64,000 nt of DNA from NCBI GenBank assembly GCA_014905635.1, contig JABVCE010000009.1:868001-932000 (forward strand). Direction: 5' to 3'. The stretch's first letter is position 1. The number at the start of each line of letters is the position of its first letter. Source of the stretch: Scenedesmus sp. PABB004 (lineage: Eukaryota). The notes under the pieces were generated by a model that searched no databases, had not been told where the DNA came from, and worked only from the letters and a program-made list of their open reading frames with translations. Both the position numbers and the translations under genes were made by a program. Positions 47,537-59,640 of the stretch are shown one piece after another.

Positions 47537-48214
47537 CGCGCCGCCTGCAGGGCGGAGGCGCGCGCCGCTGCTGCTGGGCGGTGCGCCGCTGCCGGCGCGG
47601 GCGGCGCCGCTGCCGGCGCGGAGGGTGCGCCCAAGCCCGGCCGCTGGGCGTGACGGGACGCGCGGGGCGCGCCGCGGGCGGGGGCTGGCGTGGCGGGCGC
47701 TGGCGTCGCTGCGGGCAGCGGCCCGCGGCGCTGGCGGCGCGCGCACCTGCTGCCCGGGGCTCTTGGGCTGTTGCCACGCTCTTTGTCCGATCACACGCCG
47801 CCCCCGGCGGGGCGGAGCGTTCGCATGCGCGGCGCGGCGGCGGGCGAAGCAGCGCTGTTGTGGCGGGTGGCCGCGCTCGCGCGGGGCGTCGGCTCCGGCC
47901 GCGGGGGCCGCGCAACCGCTCGCGGGTGTGTGCCGGGGGGGGGGGGGGGGCGCCCGGCGGCGAACGCGAGATGCGGCGGCGGCGGCGGCAACGAACGCTG
48001 TCGCGCGCTTGAGCCCCGAAGCGCTCGCGCCGCCAATCACAACGCGCTGCGCCCCGCCCAGCCCGCACACCCACGCCGCACACCAGCGCCCCCCCCCCCC
48101 CCCAGCACCCGTCCCCCGCCGCACGCACCGCACGCCGCGGCAGCGGCAGCAGCGGCGCCAGGTGCTGGCGCACCACACGCCGCGCGCCGCCGCCGCAGCG
48201 GCGCCGGCGCCGCC

Positions 48215-49575
48215 ATGTCGGCGGGCGCGCCGCCGCCGCGGCGGCTGGTCGGCAGGGTCGCGCTCGTGACCGCGGCGACGGCGGGCATCGGCCTGGGCAT
48301 CGCCGAGCGCCTCGCCGCAGAGGGCGCGCGCGTGTTCATCTGCAGCAGGCGCGCCGCGCCGCGCCCGCTGCGTCTGCCGCGCAAGCCGCGCCGCGCCCGC
48401 CAAAAGCTGCTGCGCACACGCCCCCGGCTGTGCGCGGCACGAGAGCAGGAAGCAGGCCAACGTGGACGAGGCGGTCGCCGCGCTGCGCGCCAAGGGCCTG
48501 GACGTCTCGGGCGCCGCGGCGCACGTCGGCGACGCCGCGCAGCGCCGCGCGTTTGTCGCGGCCGCGCTGCAGGCGCGCGCGCGCGCGCGGGCGCAGGCGC
48601 CGGCGCGCGCGGGCCGGCCTGCCGGCGCTCGGCGCCCCGCAGGCGCCGGCGCGCGCGGGCCGGCCTGCCGGCGCTCGGCGCCCCGCCCCCGAGCTGGCCG
48701 CCGACCGGCCCGGTCCGGCCCCGCGCCGCGGGCGCAGGCGTACGGCCGCATCGACATCCTCGTCAGCAACGCTGCGGTCAACCCTACGTCCGGCGGCCTG
48801 CTCGACACGCCGCCCGCCGCGATGGACAAGGCACGGCCGCGCCAGGCCCCGCCGCCGCCGCCCGGGCGCGCGCAGCCGCAGCCGCCGCTCACGCCGCCGC
48901 CGCGCGGCGCCGCTCACGCCGCCGCCGCGCGGCGCCCGCAGATCCTCGACGTCAACGTGAAGGCTGCGCTCTGCCTCGTGCAGGACGCAGCGCCGCACCT
49001 GGGCCGCGGCGGGCGCGTGGTGCTGGTGTCGAGCGTCACGGCGTTCCAGTGCGCGCGCCGCGCAGCGCCGCCGCGCCGCGCGTGGGCCCGCGCCGCGCCG
49101 CGCCGCCGCGTGCACCACCAACCAGCTCGTGCCACGCGCGCGCGCGCGCCGCAGGCCGCCCGCGCCGATCGCGTTTTACGCGGTCTCCAAAACCGCGCTG
49201 CTGGGGCTGACCAAGGGCCTCGCCGCGGAGCTCGGCCCCGCCGGCGTCACCGTCAACTGCGTCGCGCCAGGCGCGCGCCGCCCGCCCCGCCCCGCCGCGC
49301 GCTGCGCATCCGCGGCGGGGCTCGGCCGCCCACCGCGCCTGCGCCGCCGTGCCGCGCCGCGCCGCGTGCGTACAGGCATCGTGCCGACCAAGTTTTCGGC
49401 CGCCCTTGTGGCGGACCCGGCGCTCGAGGCGGCGCAGGTGGAGGCGACGGCGCTCAAGCGGCTCGGGACGCCGGCCGACATCGCGGGCGCGGTCGCGTTC
49501 CTGGCCTCGGACGACGCGGCGTACGTCACCGGCGAGACGCTCGTCGTCGCCGGCGGCATGCCAAGCCGGCTGTAG
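48215..49575 (+). CDS. Peroxisomal short-chain dehydrogenase/reductase (DHRS4 / SDRa-IBR1-like)
   Basis: VALVTAATAGIG, IDILVSNAAVNP, YAVSK, VNCVAPG. C-terminal PTS1 -SRL. Confidence 0.92.
48594..48685. repeat. 46-bp tandem duplication in an SDR intron
   Basis: caggcgccggcgcgcgcgggccggcctgccggcgctcggcgccccg occurs twice. Confidence 0.85.
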
Positions 49576-49800
49576 GGCGGCAGGCGCTAGGTGCGGCGTG
49601 AGCGGCAGCCGCTAAACCGCCGCGAGTTGCGCGCCTGCTGAGCTCCCGCCAGACCTCGCTGCACGCTGCCCCACAGCCCTTGACCCCTCCTGGCCGCCCC
49701 TCCTGGCCGCAGCAGCAGGCGCAGCCTCGCCTCGCGCGCGAGCCGAAGCTGCGGCACGGACAGCCAATCTGCGGTTACCGCCCGCCGCCTGCAGGCCACC

Positions 49801-50619
49801 ATGGGCAGCGACCTGGTGGTGATCCAGCTCAACGTCGGCGGCACGCGCTTCACCACCACCGTCGCGACGCTGACGAGCGAGCTCGCCGCCGGCGGCGAGC
49901 TTGCTCGCCTGGTGGAGAAACGAGGCGAGCGAGCCTCGCAGAGGCTGTGGCAGCGATGGGACGACGCAGCCAGCGCCGCGGAGATGGGGGCAAGTCTGCT
50001 TTCCAGTGACGATGACCCGACGTGCTCGCTCTTCATCGACCGCGACGGCGCGCTGTTCGGCCACGTGCTCTCCTGGCTGCGCACCGGCGACGACTGGGTG
50101 CCGCCGGGTGACACGGTCCTGCTGCGCCAGCTCCAGGTCGAGGCGCGCTTCTACGGCCTGCAGCGTCTCGCCGACAAGGTGACGACGGAGCTGAAGCACC
50201 AGGCGGACGAGTCTCGCAGCGAGCAGGCACGCGCCGTCGACCAGCACCGTCTCGTGAAGGCGCTGGCGGCCGACGTTGACGCCCTGCTGGATGCTGCACT
50301 CAAGAGCCATACCACGCTGCACTACGTAGAAGACGCTGTCAGAGCTGGAGCCGTGTGTGCACGATCTCGACTCCAACCTCGAGGCCCTCAGCAGGTACGT
50401 GGTGCCGTCAAAGCCCTACCACCCCGGCAAGCGCGGCGGGCCCAACTACCACCGGCCCAGGAAGCTGTTGGAGGACGTGCACGGGCTCACGCTTTCGACG
50501 GCGCTGTAGTCAGGCGCGCGTATGCGCGCACGCATGCGGGCTGGCCTCGACAGCGGCGGCGGCGCAGGCGCGGCTCAGGGCGTTGCCCGCTGAACCGCGA
50601 GTTGGCGCACGCCATGTAA
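49801..50619 (+). CDS. KCTD/T1-type BTB domain protein, apparently intronless; C-terminus probably frameshifted (alternative stop at 50509)
   Basis: IQLNVGGTRFTT..TL, LFIDRDGALFGHVLSWLR, LQVEARFYGL. Confidence 0.8.
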   Translation: MGSDLVVIQLNVGGTRFTTTVATLTSELAAGGELARLVEKRGERASQRLWQRWDDAASAAEMGASLLSSDDDPTCSLFIDRDGALFGHVLSWLRTGDDWVPPGDTVLLRQLQVEARFYGLQRLADKVTTELKHQADESRSEQARAVDQHRLVKALAADVDALLDAALKSHTTLHYVEDAVRAGAVCARSRLQPRGPQQVRGAVKALPPRQARRAQLPPAQEAVGGRARAHAFDGAVVRRAYARTHAGWPRQRRRRRRGSGRCPLNRELAHAM

Positions 50620-50834
50620 CCATCGCCGCCACCCCCTGCACACATTGCCAACCTCCCAGCTGCGGCTGCGGGCCCACAGCCGAACCCGCGCGCAGCACCG
50701 GCGGCGCCCGCTGCTGCAGCTCGGGCGACCGCCGCCCCGCCCGCTCTGCGTGCGCGCCGCCTGCCGCAGCCCGTTCACGCCCGCCACGTGCTCGGTGTGC
50801 TCAGGATTTCATGCCCTGATCCGCGGAGAGCCAG

Positions 50835-53751
50835 ATGGCGTGCGAGCAGGTCGGGGGAGCGCGCCGCCGTTCGAGCGCGCCGCCGCGGCCGGCGGGGCGC
50901 GCTGGGCCGATCGCGCTGCTCTCGCGTGGCTCCCGGCCCGAGCTGCGTCGCGCAGCGCCGCTCGCCAACTCCGCGCGTGGCCGCTGCCGCCCGGCCGCGC
51001 CGCCGCTGCCACAGGCCTCAGGGGCCTCCTCCGCCTTCCAGGCCGCCGCATGCGCCTCGCTGGCGCAGCTCTGGCGCCAGGGCGCGCTGTGCGACGTCGT
51101 GGTGCGCTGCGCCGACGGCGGCCGCGTCCCGGCGCACCGCGTCGTGCTCGCGGCGAGCTGCCGCTATGTGCGCGCGCTGCTCTGCGGCGCGGGCGCGTCG
51201 ATGCGCGAGGGCGCGGCGCCCAGCGTGGTGGACCTGCCCTACAGCCAGCCCCAGGTGGAGGCGCTGCTCGCGGCCATCTACGACCACCGACTCGAGGTGG
51301 GCCGTGCTGTCGCAACGCGGCGCCGCGCCGCGCCGTGCCGCGCCGCGCGCCGCCGCGGCCCCCGCCGCGCGCGGCTGGTCGAGCGAGCCGCGCCCGGCGC
51401 CGCCGCCGGCGCCGCAGGTCTCTGCCGGCAACGTCGCCTGGCTGCTTGACATGGCCGCGTACCTCGAGGTCGCGCCGCTGCAGGAGGCCTGCTGCGCGTT
51501 CCTGCGCGCCGCGCTGACCCCAGAGACCGCGGTCGACGTGGTGCTGCTCGCCCACCACTACAACTGCGCGGAGCTGCAGGCCGAGGGGGTGCGTGTGCGC
51601 CGCAGCGCCGCGGCCGCCGGCGGCGCGTCGCCGACCGCCCGGCCGACCGCCGCTGCCGTAGGTTCAGTACCTGGCGCAGCACCTGCCGTCGCTGCTGGTC
51701 GCGCCCGACGCGCGCGCCGCGCTCTGCCGCCTGCCCGCGGGGCTGCTGCAGCAGCTGCTGTCCTGCGACGCGCTGGAGGTGGCGCAGGAGGCAGAGCTGC
51801 TGTGCCTCGTGTCCGACTGGGTCGCGGGCAGCCCCGCGGAGCGCCTCGCGCACCTGCACGCGCTGCTCTCGAGCCTGCAGCTGTCGCTGCTGCCCCAGGA
51901 GGCGCCGCTGTCGCCGCAGCAGCTCACCGCGTGCACGCACCCGGGCGCGGCGAGCCTCGCGCAGACGCTGCACCAGGCGGCGCTGCAGTGCCAGCGCACG
52001 GCGGCCGCCGCAGCGCACGGCGGCGGCGGCCCGGCGGGCCCGCTGCGCGCCGCCAGCGGGCAGCCGTCTTCGCCGGCAGAGGACGCCGCCTTCCTGCAGC
52101 AGCTGCGCCAGCAGCAGCACCAGGAGGGCGCCGCCGCCGCACGGGGCGACGCGCCCGCCCACGGCAGCGCGGCCGTCGCGGGCGGCGCGGGCGCGGATGC
52201 GCAGCAGCGCCCCTGCTGGGCCGACCCCAACAACCACACCAGCACCAGCGCCGGCAGCACGCCCACGGCCGCGGCGGCCGCGACCGCCGCCGGGGCGGCC
52301 TGGCCGGGGCAGTGCGGCGGCGGCGGCGACGGCGACGACTGCGCGCGCGGCGTTGGCGCCGTGCTGGTCGAGGCGTGGCCGGGGCGGCAGCGCGGCTACC
52401 AGCCCACGCAGCTCCTCGTCGCAGGTGCACCGCGGCGGCGGTGCCGCGCGCGGGCCCCGCGCCATGCCCCTCGCGCGTGCACGCGCGCGCGCCCGCGCGA
52501 CCCTCACCGCCTGCGAACGCCCACCCACGCAGGCGGCCACAACCCCAGCTGGCGCGCGCTCAAGTCGGTCGAGCTGTACGACCCCCGCGCAGACGCCTGG
52601 GCGCCGGGGCCGACGCTGCCGGCGGCGCTGCCATTCGCAGGTGCCCGGCGCGGCGCAGGGCAGCGCGGCTGGGGGCCTCGCGCGCGCCGCTCGCGCGGGC
52701 GCCCCAGCGCGCCGCCCTGCCCCTGAGCCGCCGCCGCCGTCGCCGCCGCCGGCACCGCCGCCGCCGCTGCCGGCCGCAGGCGCGGGGCTGCTCGGGCGGA
52801 GCGGCCTGCACGTCGTCGGTGGGGGCATGTACGCGAGCGTGCTGGCGCGCCTCGACGCGGGCGCGGGCGCGTGGCTCGCCTGCGACGGCCCGCGCACGCC
52901 GCGTGTGCACGCCGCGGTCGCGGGCTGCGCTGGGCTGCTCTACGTCGCCGGCGGGCGCAGCCAGGCCAATCAGGTCGTGCCCACGGTCGAGGTGGGTGGG
53001 CTTGGTGTGCGCCGCGCCGCGCTGGCGAGAGCAGCTGGGCGTCGACAACAGCTGGGCGGCGAGCTGGCGGGGAAACTGCCGGACGAGCGTGCCGCCGCCG
53101 CCGCGCCGCGCCGCGCAGGCGTACGACCCCGCCGCGCCTGGGTGGTGCAGCCTGCCCGACATGGCTCGCCCGCGCTACGCGCACGCGCTCGCCGCGCTCG
53201 GCGGCCGCGTCTACGCGCTCGGCGGCCAGGCCAGCAAGGCCATCCACAGGCGCGTGGATGGCCGCGGGCGCGCGCGCGCGCGCTTTTCTGCCGCCGCCGC
53301 CGCGGGCGCCGCCGCCGCCGCGGGCCGACGCCCCGCACCGCCGGCCGCCCCGCGCGCCCACAGGTCGGTGGAGGTCTTCGACCCCGCGCGCGGCGCGTGG
53401 GCCGAGCTCGCCGCGCCGCTGCGGTGCGAGCGCAAGTACTGCGCCGCGGTGGCGCTCGGGGGGCGGCTCGTGGTGCTGGGCGGCATGTCCGAGGCGCGCG
53501 CGCGGCTCGCGAGCGCCGAGGCGTTCGACCCGCGCGAGGGGCGCTTCGCGGCGCTGCCGCCGATGGCGCACGCGCGCTCGAGCTGCGGCGCGGCCGCGAT
53601 CGGCGGCGCCACGCTCTACGCCGTCGGCGGCAGCGCCGGCGACCAGGAGCTGCACGACGCGGTCGAGGCGTGGGACGCGGCCGCGGGGCGCTGGCGGCCG
53701 TGCGCGCCGCTCGCGAGCGGCCGCAGCGGCCTGCTCGCCGCTGCGGTGTGA
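50835..53751 (+). CDS. BTB-BACK-Kelch (KLHL-like) protein
   Basis: LCDVVV..VPAHRVVLAASCRY, LL..DALEV..E, and Kelch repeats (GG..SVELYDP..W, VYALGG, LYAVGG). Confidence 0.9.
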
Positions 53752-54171
53752 GCGCGTGAGTGAGGCAGAGAGGTCATCTGTTGTGTTGGGCGTGCTTGTA
53801 CAACAGCGTGCGTCGTGTATGAGCGGAGCGGCCGTCCCGCCGCGCCGCGGGCGGGCGCCGCTGCGAGTCGTGGTCGCGGCGGCGGCGGCGCACGCCGCGG
53901 GCGATCGCGTGTGCGTGTGAGGCCAACGAGAGGTTGACGCGCAAGGACGAGGATCGACGCCTGCGAGCAGCGCGCTGGACACGAGGGCCCAGCTGCTCCT
54001 GTGCCCGCGCGCCTCAGTGAGCTTCCGGCGGTCCCGCCGGCGCACACTACGCCGCTTTCAGGCCCGCCCGCGCCCCCGCCGCAACGCGCAACTGCGGGGC
54101 CAGGCTGCGCGCGCACCGCGCTGCGCGCTCCGTTGGCGCGCCCGCGACCGCCTCGGCACGACGACGGCGTT

Positions 54172-55030
54172 ATGAAGCGGGGGTGGGCGCCGCACGACGC
54201 GGGCCCCGACCAGAGCGCTGCCTCGCTGGGGCGAGCTGCCACCGGCAGCGCGGGCTTCGCCAGCAGCAGCGACTTCGCCAGCAGCAGCGTCGGCGGGGGA
54301 GGGTTCGCCTCCCCCACCAGCGCCGGCAAGCGCAGCAAGGCCGGCCACGCCCAGGTGCGGGCGCGGCGCGCATCGGCGCTGCCCACCCCCGTCGCGCTCC
54401 CGGGGCGCGCCCGCCGCCTGGGAGGCTCGGGCGCGCAGTCGGGACGGGCGCCGGGATCGGCGCCGTCGACAGCCTGCGCCTCGCGCGTGCGCACGCCGAC
54501 GCCGCGTCCGCTGCTGCCGCCGCCGCCAGGCCGACTGCTCGATGGACGGCGGCGAGGGCAACTTTTTCGTCTGGGACCACGCCACCGCAGGCCAGCAGGG
54601 CACCACCCCGCTCGCGGCGCCGGGTGCGCACGCGGGGGCAAGCCGCGCGCGACGCCCCGCCGGCCCAGCGCGCCCGCAGCGGCCGGGCGCTGCACGCCTC
54701 GCCCGCTCACGCGCTCACGCGTTCACCCGCGCCCGCGCAGGCCAGCTGCAGCCTGCGGCGAGCTTCAGCGCGTCGCACGCGCACCACTGGGGCACCGCGG
54801 CGGCCGCGGCCGCGGCGGGCGCCGGCGCCGACGCGCTGCGGCAGGCCGGCCTGCACCGCGGCAGCGGCGCCGCGGCCGCCGCCGCGGACAGCCGGCAGCA
54901 GGGGCTCGTGCGCACGACGAGCGCGCCGGAGCTGCTGAAGCTGGCGCAGGCAGACTCAGCGGCGTGGCACGCGATGCACGCCGGCGCTGACGGCGCGGTC
55001 GTCTCCAGCCTGAACAACTGGCTGACCTGA
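54172..55030 (+). CDS. Small low-complexity protein of unknown function (3 exons)
   Basis: MKRGWAP..AGKRSKAGHAQ / ADCSMDGGEGNFFVWDH.. / ..LVRTTSAPELLKL..SLNNWLT*, with GT-AG junctions. Confidence 0.55.
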
Positions 55031-55981
55031 CGCGCCTGCCGCTGATGTCGCTGCTGCAGCCGCTGCTGCTGTTGTCGCTGCTGCTGCTGCTGCCGGAGGG
55101 GGCGCCCGGCCACGGCCCGCCCCCGCCAGCCGGATGACGGCCGCATGACCGGACCGCGGCTGGTGTGTGCTTGCGCCGACTGTGTGGGCGGATTGTGGGC
55201 GGACTCGACTCATTTCGCTCGCGGAGCACTGCCGGCGGGGGCGACGCACAGAATCAAGAAACCCAACCCGATGCTTGCCGGCGCCGCCCGGGCACCCACA
55301 CCTCTCTGCACCCCGTGCCTCTGCGCGCGCGCGCCGCCGAGGCACACACCTCCACCCCCTGCATTTTCCTGTCCCCTGGTGGCGCGCCTGGTGTGTGAGC
55401 GACTTGCGCAGCGAGGTGCCGCGTGTGCGGCGGTCGGCCGGGGTATGTGTGTGGGGGGGCTTGCTGCTGCCTTTGCCTGGGCCATTCCTTCCTTGCGGCG
55501 GCACGACGACGCCGGCGCATGGCGACAGTCCGTCGGCTGAGTTGCCACTCACCGGTAAGCTCCGACCCGCGCGCCCGCTCCTCACTCGCTGTCACTCCGC
55601 GCGAGCCGCAGTGCTGGGCGCGACCAAAAACTCGGGGCCCACAGCGGCGGCCCGCGCGCGCCTCCAAGACCGCCCCACACAGCTCGCTGGGCGCCTCATC
55701 TCGCACAGCACACCTAGCGCGCGCACAAAATCTCCCCGCCAGGCAGTGCCGCTGGATGCCCAGTCATGTTTTTCCCGAGGCGAGTGCAGGTGCTCGACGG
55801 CGCGCGTGCGTGTGACAAAAGGCCGCAACGGCGCCCCCGCGCGCCGCGCAGGCCTCGGGGCCCGGATGACGTGATGGGGGGTCGAGCCGGGCGCCGCCGC
55901 CGCCGGCGCGGCCGTGGCCGCCCCGACCGGGCCCGCCGTGGCGCCGCGGGGCCCCCCGAGCGACTGGTCACTCGTCGCTCG

Positions 55982-57302
55982 TCAATTGTCATACGGCATG
56001 ATGGTGATGGTCCCGTCCCCCGCCCGCTCCAGCACGGGCTTGGCCGCGGGCCGCAGGTCGCGCCCCGTCGCGCGCGACGCGAGGGAGAAGACCACCTGCG
56101 GCGGCGTGGCGGCGCGGCGGCGCGGCGCGGTGTCGGGACTCGAGGTCAGGAGGCGGACGGCGGGCGGGCAGGCGGGTGCGGCCGCGGGGCGCCCGCGCGG
56201 CGCACCTTGGTGAGCTGGTGGCTCAGCCAGCCGAGCGGGCCGACCACGGCGCTGAGCAGCACGCTGTGCGCGGTCGGCACGCGCGCGACGAGGCCTGCGG
56301 GACGGCGGGCGCGCGGCTCGGCCGGCGCCCCCGGCGCGGCGGCGGCGCCCGCGCCCCCGGCGCCGTGCGTGCGCGGCGGCGCTGTGCGCGGGTCGCGCAC
56401 CGTCGAGGTAGGCTGCGCGCGCGGCGATGAGGTTGATCGCCGCCACGTGCAGCAGGAAGCTCGCTGCGGTGAAGGGCCGCCCGAACAGCGCCTGCACGCT
56501 CTCCAGCGTCGGGAAGAACTGCGGCCGGAAGCCGGCTGCGCGCGGCGCGCGGGGGCGCGCGTCGGCGGCGGCGGCGGGGCGCGCGTGGGCGGCCGCGTAG
56601 GCGGCCGCGCGGGCGGCGCCGCCGGCTGCCGCCGCCGCGAGCTGCGACAGCCGCTGCTGGCACCGCCGCCGCTGGCTGCTGGCCGCTGGCGCCGCCGGCT
56701 GCTCCCTCCGCGCGGTCAGCGGCGCCCACCCTTGAGACCCTCCTCGAGGCTGCCTGGCATCATTAGGTGCAGCGTGTCGGTCGCCCAGCTCGCCGTCAGC
56801 ACGAGCCCGTACAGCACCGCGAGGCCCAGCAGCGGCGCGTTGGAGCGCGCGCTGCGCTGCGTGAGCGGCGCGCCGGGCGCGACCACCATCTGCGGCGCGG
56901 CGCGGCGCGGCGCGTCGGCGGCGCTGGCGGGGCTGGGGCGGCGCGGCGCGCGACACGGTCAGGGGCGCGGCGCGGGCGCACCAGCAGGATCAGGCCCGCG
57001 CAGCACGCAGCGGCGGCCGCCATGGCGTAGGGGAGCCAGGGCTCCAGCGCGGCCTGGAGCGCGGGGAACGCTGCGTGCGCTGCCGCCGCTGCCGCGGGCG
57101 CCGCCGCCGCCGCGCGCGCGGCCGCCGCGACGCGCCGCCGCGGCGCCAGCGCGGGCGCGGGCGGTCCGAGAAGCCTCCCCGGCAGCTGCCGAGCCGCGCC
57201 GGGCCGCGGGAGCGCGGGCAGCAGCGCGCGACCGTGCTGCTGCTGCGCGCTCGCGGCGCGGGGGCCCGCCGCGTGCGCTCTCATTGACACCGCCGCGGCC
57301 AT
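55982..57302 (-). CDS. ABA4-like (DUF4281) plastid membrane protein
   Basis: Transit peptide. MVVAPGAPLTQR..LAVLY, PTLESVQALF..ASFLLHVAAINL.AAR..YLDG, PTAHSVLL..VGPLG.LSH..TK. Confidence 0.8.
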
Positions 57303-57598
57303 GGCTGAGGCTGGGATCCCAGCTAGGGCATGCGTTGGCCTCGCACGCGCTCCCGGTGTGCAGGCGCGGGACGGGCTGGCAGATGCCGGGCGCCGCGTCG
57401 GGCGGACGAGCTCGTGAGCTGGAGGGGGAGCCGGAAGCAGCTCCCGGGCGCGGGCATCGCGGCACGATCACGGCGGCGGCGGCGGCGGCGGTTCCGCAAA
57501 GCCCGGCGCGGCGCTGCGAACGCGGCTGCGCGCGGCGGCGGGCGCTCCCAGTTCCCGCACGCCTCCCACGACAGCCTGAGGTCGACGACAACGACGCC

Positions 57599-59527
57599 AT
57601 GCTCCGCGCCGCGGCCGGCGGCGGCCTGGCGCGCCGCGGCCGTCTCGTCGCGGCTGCAGCCGGCGCCAGCCGCGGCGGCGGCGGCGGCAGCGGTGCTGCT
57701 GGCAAGCGCCAGCAGCACGGGGGCAGGAGCAGCAGCAGGCAGCGGCCGCAGACGGCTCAGCCGCGGCAGCCGCGGCAGGAGCAGCAGCAGCAGCAGCAGG
57801 GCGCCAGGCCGGGCAGCGGCAGCAGGCCCGCCGACCGCCCCCCCAGCGCCCCGCTGCCGGCGGCGGCCGAGGTGCTCGTCGTCGGCGGCGGCGCGGCTGG
57901 GCTGACCGCCGCGTTCTTCGCGGCCGCGGCGGGCGCGCGGGTGGTGGTGCTGGAGCGCACGGGGGAAGCCGGTAAGAAGATCCTGATGTCGGGCGGGACG
58001 CGCTGCAACGTGCTGCCGGGCGACGTCGACGCGTCGCGCGACTTCACCACGTCGAGCAGCGCCGGCGCGCTGCGCGCAATCCTCTCTACCTGGGACCTGC
58101 AGCAGTGCCACGACTGGTGCGCGGCCCGCCAGCACCGCCAGTCCCGCACCTCGGCGCGTCGCCGCCGCGACGGCGCCGCCCGCCGGCCGCAGGCTCGCGC
58201 GGGACGTCGGGCTGCGCATGGCGCTGGAGCGGGAGAGCAACAAGTGGTTCCCCGCGTCCAACTCGGGGCGCGAGGTGCGGGACCGGCTCGTGTCGGCGTG
58301 CGAGGCGCGCGGCGTGTCGTTTGTTTACGGCGCGAGCGTGGAGGCGCTGGCGCCGCCGGGGCAGCAGGCAGCGCAGGAGGGGCCGGAGCAGCAGGAGCAG
58401 GGCCAGCAGCCGGGCGACCGCGGCGGCGCGTGGCGCGTGGAGCTGGCGAGCGGGGCGTCGGTCGCGGCGCGGCGAGTGATACTGAGCACGGGCGGGCGGT
58501 CGTTCCCGGCCGTCGGCACGGACGGAACGGGGCTCACGCTGCTGGAAGGCCTGGGCCACCGCATGGCGACCGGCTACGCCGCGCTCACGCCGCTCAAGGG
58601 CCCGCACCCGGGCGGCGAGCAGCTCGCGGGTGCGCGCGTGTGTGCGCGCGCGCCCGCCGCCGACTGGCGCCAGCGCGTGCACGGCGCGGGCACGGCGCGG
58701 GCCCGCGCGTCGCCGCCGGCCGCCCACGCGCGCGCCGCGCCCACGCGCACGCCAGGCCTCACGCTGGCCGGCGTGCGCCTGAGCGTGGCCAAGCCGGGCG
58801 GCAAGGCCGGCAAGCCCGCCGCGGTGGCGCAGCGCGGCGGCTTTCTGTTCACGCACCGAGGCTTCAGCGGGCCCGCCGTGCTCGACGTCAGCCACTGGCT
58901 CGTGCAAGCGCTCGACGCGCACGCGCCGCCCGAGGCGGCGCCGAGTGAGCGGCGCGACCGCTGCGCGCCGTCGCGGGGGCGCGCGCCGCCACGCGCGGGC
59001 GCCGACGGCGTCGCCGCGCCGCGCGCCGCGCAGGGCTGCTGGCCGACTGGACCGGCGAGGGCGCGGCGATGTGGCAGGCGCGCCTGGCTGCCGCGGGCGG
59101 CGGCGCGACGGTCGAGAGCGTGCTGCGGCGCGGCGGGCTGCAGGAGCGCCTCGCGGCCGCGCTCGCGTCCGAGGCGGGCGTGGCGGGGCGGCCGCTGGCG
59201 CAGCTGCGGCGCGGCGAGCGCGACGCGCTGCTGGGCGCGCTCACCGCGTACCAGCTCGGGGTGACCGGCCACGAGGGGTTCAAGAAGGCCGAGGTCACCG
59301 GCGGCGGCGTGATGCTGGACCAGGTCGACTGCCGGACGGGGGAGAGCCGCGTGTCGCCGGGGCTGCACCTCTGCGGCGAGGTCCTCGACTGCTTCGGGCG
59401 CATCGGCGGCTTCAACTTCTTCTGGGCCTGGCTCACCGGGCGCCTCGCCGGCCTTGGCGCCGCTGCCGGTGCCGGCCCCGGTGCCGCCGCCGGCGGTCGC
59501 GGCGGCGGCGGCAGCGCGCGGCGGTGA
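57599..59527 (+). CDS. HI0933/BaiN/YhiN-family flavoprotein, organelle-targeted
   Basis: VVGGGAAG, GKKILMSGGTRCN, TGG.SFP..GTDG.G, LFTHRGFSGPAVL, AEVTGGGV, GEVLD..GRIGGFN. Confidence 0.92.
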
Positions 59528-59640
59528 AACGCGCGAACGCTGCGCCCTGCCCGCCGCCGCTGCGCCCACGGCCGCGCAGCCAGCCAGCGCTCACCCAGTC
59601 CAGAGATCCCAGCTCAGCTAGGACAGCAGGAACCAGCACC

